This document shows positions 59,667 to 64,000 of a stretch of 64,000 nucleotides of DNA, in pieces. This DNA comes from an uncultured Clostridia bacterium (GTDB lineage: Bacteria > Bacillota > Clostridia > Christensenellales > UBA1242): the NCBI GenBank assembly GCA_944360075.1, contig CALVTE010000003.1:12964-76963 (forward strand). The letters run 5' to 3'. The notes under the pieces are model-generated. The model did no database searches. It had not been told where the DNA came from and saw nothing but the letters and a program-made list of their open reading frames with translations. The stretch's first letter is position 1. The number at the start of each line of letters is the position of its first letter. Both the position numbers and the translations under genes were made by a program.

Positions 59667-60974
59667 ATGAGTTTGTTTGATGCTGCACAAATTGTAAGTA
59701 TTTTGACTGTTGTTTCCACTGCTATTGGTCTGTTTCAGAAAGAAAAATTCAAAATAATGCTGTGCTTTACCGTCACCAATGTTTCAATGCTTGCCACTTA
59801 TGCGTTGCTTGGCAGGTGGCTTTCAACAATTTTGGTTGCCCTTGCCACTATTCGAACCATCGTTTACTATATCTATGCGGTAAAAAACTTGAAGCCAAAC
59901 ATGTATGTGTTTGTGGGCTTTGAAGTGCTGTTTATCGTGGTGACCATGCTGCTTTGGAAGGATTATTTTGACCTTTTGATGCTTGCAAATCTCAGCATGC
60001 TTGCCTACACAACTTGGCAAGACGACATGAAAGTGCTGCGCGCTGGCTATTTGGTTTCGGCCATTTTGTTGATTATTTACAACATTTTGGTCAAAGCTTA
60101 TGTTGGCGTGATAAGCGAAGCTGTGCTGCTTGTTTCGTCAATCATTTCTGTCATAAAATTTGACATCAAAAACAAAGTCAAAGACATTGTGCTATGTTTT
60201 TATCAAACCATTTCTTCCACCTATAAAACCACAATAAAAGAGAAGGAAGACTATGCTTTTATCACTTCAAAATCAATCAAAGATGAGTTTAACAATTTTG
60301 CTTACATAAAAAAATGCGATTTTGCAAATTTTGAAAATTTTAAAAAGCCTATATGCAAAAAGTTCAAAGAAAAAAACCAAGAAAGCGTTTTCTACTTTCT
60401 TTCAAAGCAGGGCGAAAATATTCAAGAAATTGCGGAAATTGCAAGGCAAAACCAGCGACTTTTCAACGATACTTGGATGAAATTGCGAAGCGGATATAAC
60501 CCAAGGCGAAAAATTTGTCAGCTCAATATTGAATGCAAACCGGTTAACGAAGAGTGGGGCGAAGATTTGCTCTATGTGTTCACAAAAGGGTTTATTCATC
60601 AAAGCGACGATGCGATTTACAAGTATGATGAAGAATACGCAACAATTTATCAACAAGTTTTAAAAGAAAAAAAGCTTAAACAGCACCATATCACTCCTTA
60701 CGCAGCTTTTTTGGACGGCAAAATGATTAGCGTTTTGTTTGCCTATCACAACGGCACAAACATTTTTCTTTGCCAGATTACCACCTTGGAAGAATATCGC
60801 CGCAAAGGTGTGGCTTCAAAACTTATTTCTTATGCCGTTGACATTGAACGCAAAAATGGCGCAGGAGAGTTTTATCTTGTCACAGAAAGCTATACATATC
60901 TTGAAAGTTTTTATATGAAAAACAATTTTCAAGAAGTTGCAAAAGGCGTTTGCGTGAAGTTGCTTGAAAAATAA
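59667..60974 (+). CDS. YgjV-like membrane domain fused to a GNAT acetyltransferase
   Basis: About 165-aa multi-TM N-terminus; C-terminal ITTLEEYRRKGVA...FYMKNNF acetyl-CoA motifs. Confidence 0.7.
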   Translation: MSLFDAAQIVSILTVVSTAIGLFQKEKFKIMLCFTVTNVSMLATYALLGRWLSTILVALATIRTIVYYIYAVKNLKPNMYVFVGFEVLFIVVTMLLWKDYFDLLMLANLSMLAYTTWQDDMKVLRAGYLVSAILLIIYNILVKAYVGVISEAVLLVSSIISVIKFDIKNKVKDIVLCFYQTISSTYKTTIKEKEDYAFITSKSIKDEFNNFAYIKKCDFANFENFKKPICKKFKEKNQESVFYFLSKQGENIQEIAEIARQNQRLFNDTWMKLRSGYNPRRKICQLNIECKPVNEEWGEDLLYVFTKGFIHQSDDAIYKYDEEYATIYQQVLKEKKLKQHHITPYAAFLDGKMISVLFAYHNGTNIFLCQITTLEEYRRKGVASKLISYAVDIERKNGAGEFYLVTESYTYLESFYMKNNFQEVAKGVCVKLLEK

Positions 60975-61071
60975 TGGGCTGACAAATTTTTGCAAGATTT
61001 TTGTTGAAAGTGCTGTAAATGTTTGACTTGCCTAGGGGTTGTTTGTTATCATAAAAACAGAAGGAGAAACT

Positions 61072-61596
61072 ATGATCTGTGCAATAATCACAATTTTGTT
61101 TGGAGCCTGCGCTTTTGTGATGCTGACTCAACCTGCACTTGCTTTTTATGGCGGTGGCGAGGGCGAACTTGCAAACGAAATCAAGGATTTTTTGAATAAA
61201 TTTTTAGGAGACAATACCTCTGGGTATGGACTTCTCACCTTTGAAGAAGGGCAAAACACTTTTCATCTCGTTGGCAACATTTTTATCATTATCGCTATGG
61301 TTTTTTGCGGACTTATGATTTTGTTTTCCATCATAAACCTTATCATGACGGCTGCTGGCAAAGACAAGGTGATTGGCACAAGGGTTTTTGCAATGCTATT
61401 CTTTGTCTTTGCTCTAATCGCTCTTATCATGTATGTGCTTTATGCAAACCAGCTGATGAGCACAACAATTGAAGACTTTATTCAAACCATCAAAGACGGC
61501 GGGGTGGTGTTTACTGTTGGCTATGGGCTTATTTGCTTTGCCGCAGCATCATTGTTGTCCATCTTTTTTGCAAGTGGCAGAAAAAAGAAAAAATAG
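61072..61596 (+). CDS. Hypothetical 4-TM membrane protein
   Basis: Four hydrophobic segments, AAGGAG RBS, basic tail. Confidence 0.65.
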   Translation: MICAIITILFGACAFVMLTQPALAFYGGGEGELANEIKDFLNKFLGDNTSGYGLLTFEEGQNTFHLVGNIFIIIAMVFCGLMILFSIINLIMTAAGKDKVIGTRVFAMLFFVFALIALIMYVLYANQLMSTTIEDFIQTIKDGGVVFTVGYGLICFAAASLLSIFFASGRKKKK

Positions 61597-61604
61597 GAGT
61601 ATTT

Positions 61605-61988
61605 ATGGAAAATTTAGCACTTATCTCAGAACTTTTGCAAACTTCGGCCTCAGCTTGTGACAATTTTATAAAAAGCCAGATTGCGCTTGAAGATGGCGAC
61701 GTGCAAGCATGTCAAAATGCCAGCCAAAAGGGGCAACAACTTGTCAGAACCTTGATTAAAGACACTTTTGAAGAATTTGAAGAAGAGTATAAAACCAGCA
61801 TCTCGGATTGCCTTGATTATGATTATCCAAACAATATGGAGCTTATCAAAGCGCTCAACAGTCTCAGCGTCAACGTTGGCGGACTTTTAGGGGCGGAAGA
61901 TGAAAAAATTGCTCTTATGTTTGCAAAAAACATTCAAAAGTCTATCAACACAGTAAAAGAAATTTATCTTGCATTGTTTGAAAATTAG
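61605..61988 (+). CDS. Hypothetical helical protein
   Basis: AGGAG RBS; 127-aa ORF. Confidence 0.65.
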   Translation: MENLALISELLQTSASACDNFIKSQIALEDGDVQACQNASQKGQQLVRTLIKDTFEEFEEEYKTSISDCLDYDYPNNMELIKALNSLSVNVGGLLGAEDEKIALMFAKNIQKSINTVKEIYLALFEN

Positions 61989-62030
61989 AAGAATTTTTCT
62001 CTTCTAATTTTTGCGTTTTAAGGAGGGAGT

Positions 62031-62687
62031 ATGTTGAATATTGCAATAGATGGTTATGTTGGAAGTGGCAAAAGCACACTGGCGCATGAACTTGCAAAAA
62101 AGATGAACCTGAAAGTTCTCGACACAGGGGCAATTTATCGCTCGATAACCTGCTTTTATCAAGAAAAGTTTGGAAATCTTGTCAGCAGCGATTTGGTGGA
62201 AGAGTTGGTCAAAAACTTGGAAGTGGAAATTGAGTTTAAGGGTGATAGTCAAATTGTTTTTGTCAACGGGAAAGATTATACAAACAAAATAAGGCAGGAA
62301 GAAATTTCGATTTTAACTTCTCTTCTTGCTCCCTATCTGTCAGTGCGAGAAAAAGTGCTTTCTGTTCAGCGGAAATTTGCCAAAGATTACAACTGCGTTA
62401 TCGAAGGACGTGATATCGGGACGGTTGTGCTGCCAAAAGCAAACTTCAAATTTTTTGTGACTGCCTCTGAGCAGACAAGAGCCCAGCGCCGCTATAGTCA
62501 AATCAAAGACAAGCAAAAGGTGACTTTTGACCAAATTTTGCAAGATTTGCAGCAACGCGACTATAACGACACTCATCGAAAGGTTGCTCCACTTGTTCCG
62601 GCAAAAGATGCGATAATTTTGGATACCACAGATTTGACGTTAGGCCAAACGGTTGAAAAGTGTTTGGAAATTATAAAGGGGAAATAA
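62031..62687 (+). CDS. cmk: Cytidylate kinase
   Basis: IAIDG..GSGKST, DTGAIYR, EGRDIGTVVLP, RDYND. Confidence 0.95.
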   Translation: MLNIAIDGYVGSGKSTLAHELAKKMNLKVLDTGAIYRSITCFYQEKFGNLVSSDLVEELVKNLEVEIEFKGDSQIVFVNGKDYTNKIRQEEISILTSLLAPYLSVREKVLSVQRKFAKDYNCVIEGRDIGTVVLPKANFKFFVTASEQTRAQRRYSQIKDKQKVTFDQILQDLQQRDYNDTHRKVAPLVPAKDAIILDTTDLTLGQTVEKCLEIIKGK

Positions 62688-62714
62688 AAATAGCGCCAAA
62701 AAGGTGCTATTTTT
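62686..62714. terminator. Bidirectional terminator
   Basis: AAAAATAGCGCC-AAAA-AGGTGCTATTTTT between convergent genes. Confidence 0.7.
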
Positions 62715-63303
62715 CTTCGGGGTTGTCCACAAGAACAGAGATTGTGTGCATAATGCCTAAAACTGATTGATAATCTTCTTGTGAAAAATATTTGCTGCTT
62801 AAAATGTCCTCTCTGTTTTTCAGCACAAAATCAAACACTTTTTTAACATCTTCTTGCAGATGGTTTTCAATTATGTAAGAGCCTACAATTTGATAGTATT
62901 GATCATGATTTGCGTGGTGAAGCAGCTGTTTTATTTTGGTTATCTTGTCAGCTTTTGGCGCTTTTTCATCGATAACAATGTTTATAATGTGCTGAAAACC
63001 TTTGACAATGCGGTCGTTTAGGTCTACATTTGGTTTGAAGTCATCTAAACGCGGGTATGCTTTAGAACATTTTTCAGACACTGTTGGAAATTTTTTCGGT
63101 CTTGAAGATTCGCAATTTCTTATTCTTCTCAAAACATATCGCTCTTTTCCATCTGGCAAAGTTTCTGGATAAATTTCGAGAGAGTATTCGTTGCCACTTT
63201 TATATATTGTAAATGAAGGTATTAGTCTTCCTTGTAATACTAGTTTTGCTTTATTTTGATAAATTTTTTCTTTTGTCAAATCATCATATGAGCCTTCTCT
63301 CAT
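62707..63303 (-). CDS. Orphan hypothetical protein
   Basis: 198-aa ORF, ATGA-coupled to the upstream ORF. Confidence 0.65.
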   Translation of the reverse strand: MREGSYDDLTKEKIYQNKAKLVLQGRLIPSFTIYKSGNEYSLEIYPETLPDGKERYVLRRIRNCESSRPKKFPTVSEKCSKAYPRLDDFKPNVDLNDRIVKGFQHIINIVIDEKAPKADKITKIKQLLHHANHDQYYQIVGSYIIENHLQEDVKKVFDFVLKNREDILSSKYFSQEDYQSVLGIMHTISVLVDNPEEK

Positions 63304-63701
63304 TTTTCGCTCTCCTCCATATCCTTCAATATATCAAGCAGGCGGTGGCAAATTTGGTTGTATTCATCTTCTGTTTTTATATAATATCCTTCAATAAATT
63401 TTTCTTTGTTCTGAAAAAGATACTTAACCATATCGGCAAAATCCTTTTGCTGTTTGTAAAATATCAAGTTGCTGATTGCCGATGAGCGGTTTATATCTGG
63501 CTCTGAGTTTAAAGTCTGCTTCAATAGTCTTGGCAAATCTGAAAAATCTGCTCCTTTATGTTGTGCTAGTTCAGCATAATATGTAGTCGCATTTTTAATG
63601 ACGCAAGCATAGCGGATTTCAGGGGTTTCTTTTACTGCTATAAGTCCTAAGTGACGGGTTAATGGTCTGTAAAACGTATCTGTTTTGTTTTTCTTTCTCA
63701 T
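63300..63701 (-). CDS. Orphan hypothetical protein
   Basis: 133-aa ORF with AGGAG RBS. Confidence 0.65.
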   Translation of the reverse strand: MRKKNKTDTFYRPLTRHLGLIAVKETPEIRYACVIKNATTYYAELAQHKGADFSDLPRLLKQTLNSEPDINRSSAISNLIFYKQQKDFADMVKYLFQNKEKFIEGYYIKTEDEYNQICHRLLDILKDMEESEK

Positions 63702-63859
63702 AATTTTCTCCTATTGCATTGATAGTGATATGTAAATTATAATTTTGTATGCTTATAAAGTCAATAGCAAATATAAAAATATTTTTATTTTTTTTGCAAA
63801 TGCTGCAAATTTATCGTTTTTTCTTTTCATCTCCCACAACGGGCGGGGGAGTATCGTGG

Positions 63860-64000
63860 AGAAGAGGGGAAAAAGGGGAAAAAAGTTGAAAAAAGATTGA
63901 AAAAGTAGTTGACAAAGGGAGTAAGGATATGCTAAGATATACTCGCTAACCCGCAGAGAGGGGGAGCGAAGAACCATGAAAATTAAATAGAAAGTACAAG
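63860..64000 (+). promoter_or_regulatory. Probable rRNA operon promoter and leader start
   Basis: Phased A-tracts, TTGACA (63909)-18 bp-TAAGAT with extended TG, then boxA/processing-stem-like GAACCATGAAAATTAAATAG; the rRNA itself is not in the window. Confidence 0.55.

Noticed and set aside
56392-62030. Integrative element or prophage at tRNA-Thr
   Set aside because: No integrase, phage or conjugation gene, and no distant att copy; the tRNA fragment is only 199 bp away.
63830-63905. 10-bp-spaced GGGGA/GTGGA motifs as MraZ boxes or a G-quadruplex
   Set aside because: Only one true GTGG and no mraZ is visible; better explained as phased A-tracts upstream of a strong stable-RNA promoter.

Overview
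About 64 kb of mostly core chromosome from a low-GC, spore-forming Firmicute. Gene content and order look Clostridia-like and streamlined; the taxon is an inference. Housekeeping genes: topo IV-type parE/parC, murG, groES/groEL, tadA, rlmH, greA, rnj, tsaE/tsaB, rplM/rpsI, trxB, dinB, tex, mcsA/mcsB/clpC, hpf, rpsT, rluB, plsC, S1 and cmk. Sporulation genes: aprX-like, pdaB-like, gpr, ytfI/ytfJ and dacB. There is one tRNA-Thr(CGT) and, at the right edge, a probable rRNA-operon promoter/leader. No CRISPR array, integrase or transposase is visible. Most unusual signals: (1) a 103-nt highly structured insert between two 96-bp direct repeats that duplicate the 3' half of tRNA-Thr plus its trailer; (2) a 2.1-kb HEXXH metalloprotease-like orphan cassette flanked by an exact 36-bp duplication of the upstream gene's end and terminator; (3) a cluster of two ASKHA-fold proteins with degenerate catalytic motifs (Ppx/GppA-like, MreB-like) next to minD and a minE-like gene, with no minC; (4) a mini-McsA plus a Cys-to-Ser McsB ahead of clpC with no ctsR; (5) a tandem zinc-finger protein with a very acidic tail; (6) several self-promoted orphan genes. 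All product calls come from motifs read by eye, not from database searches.
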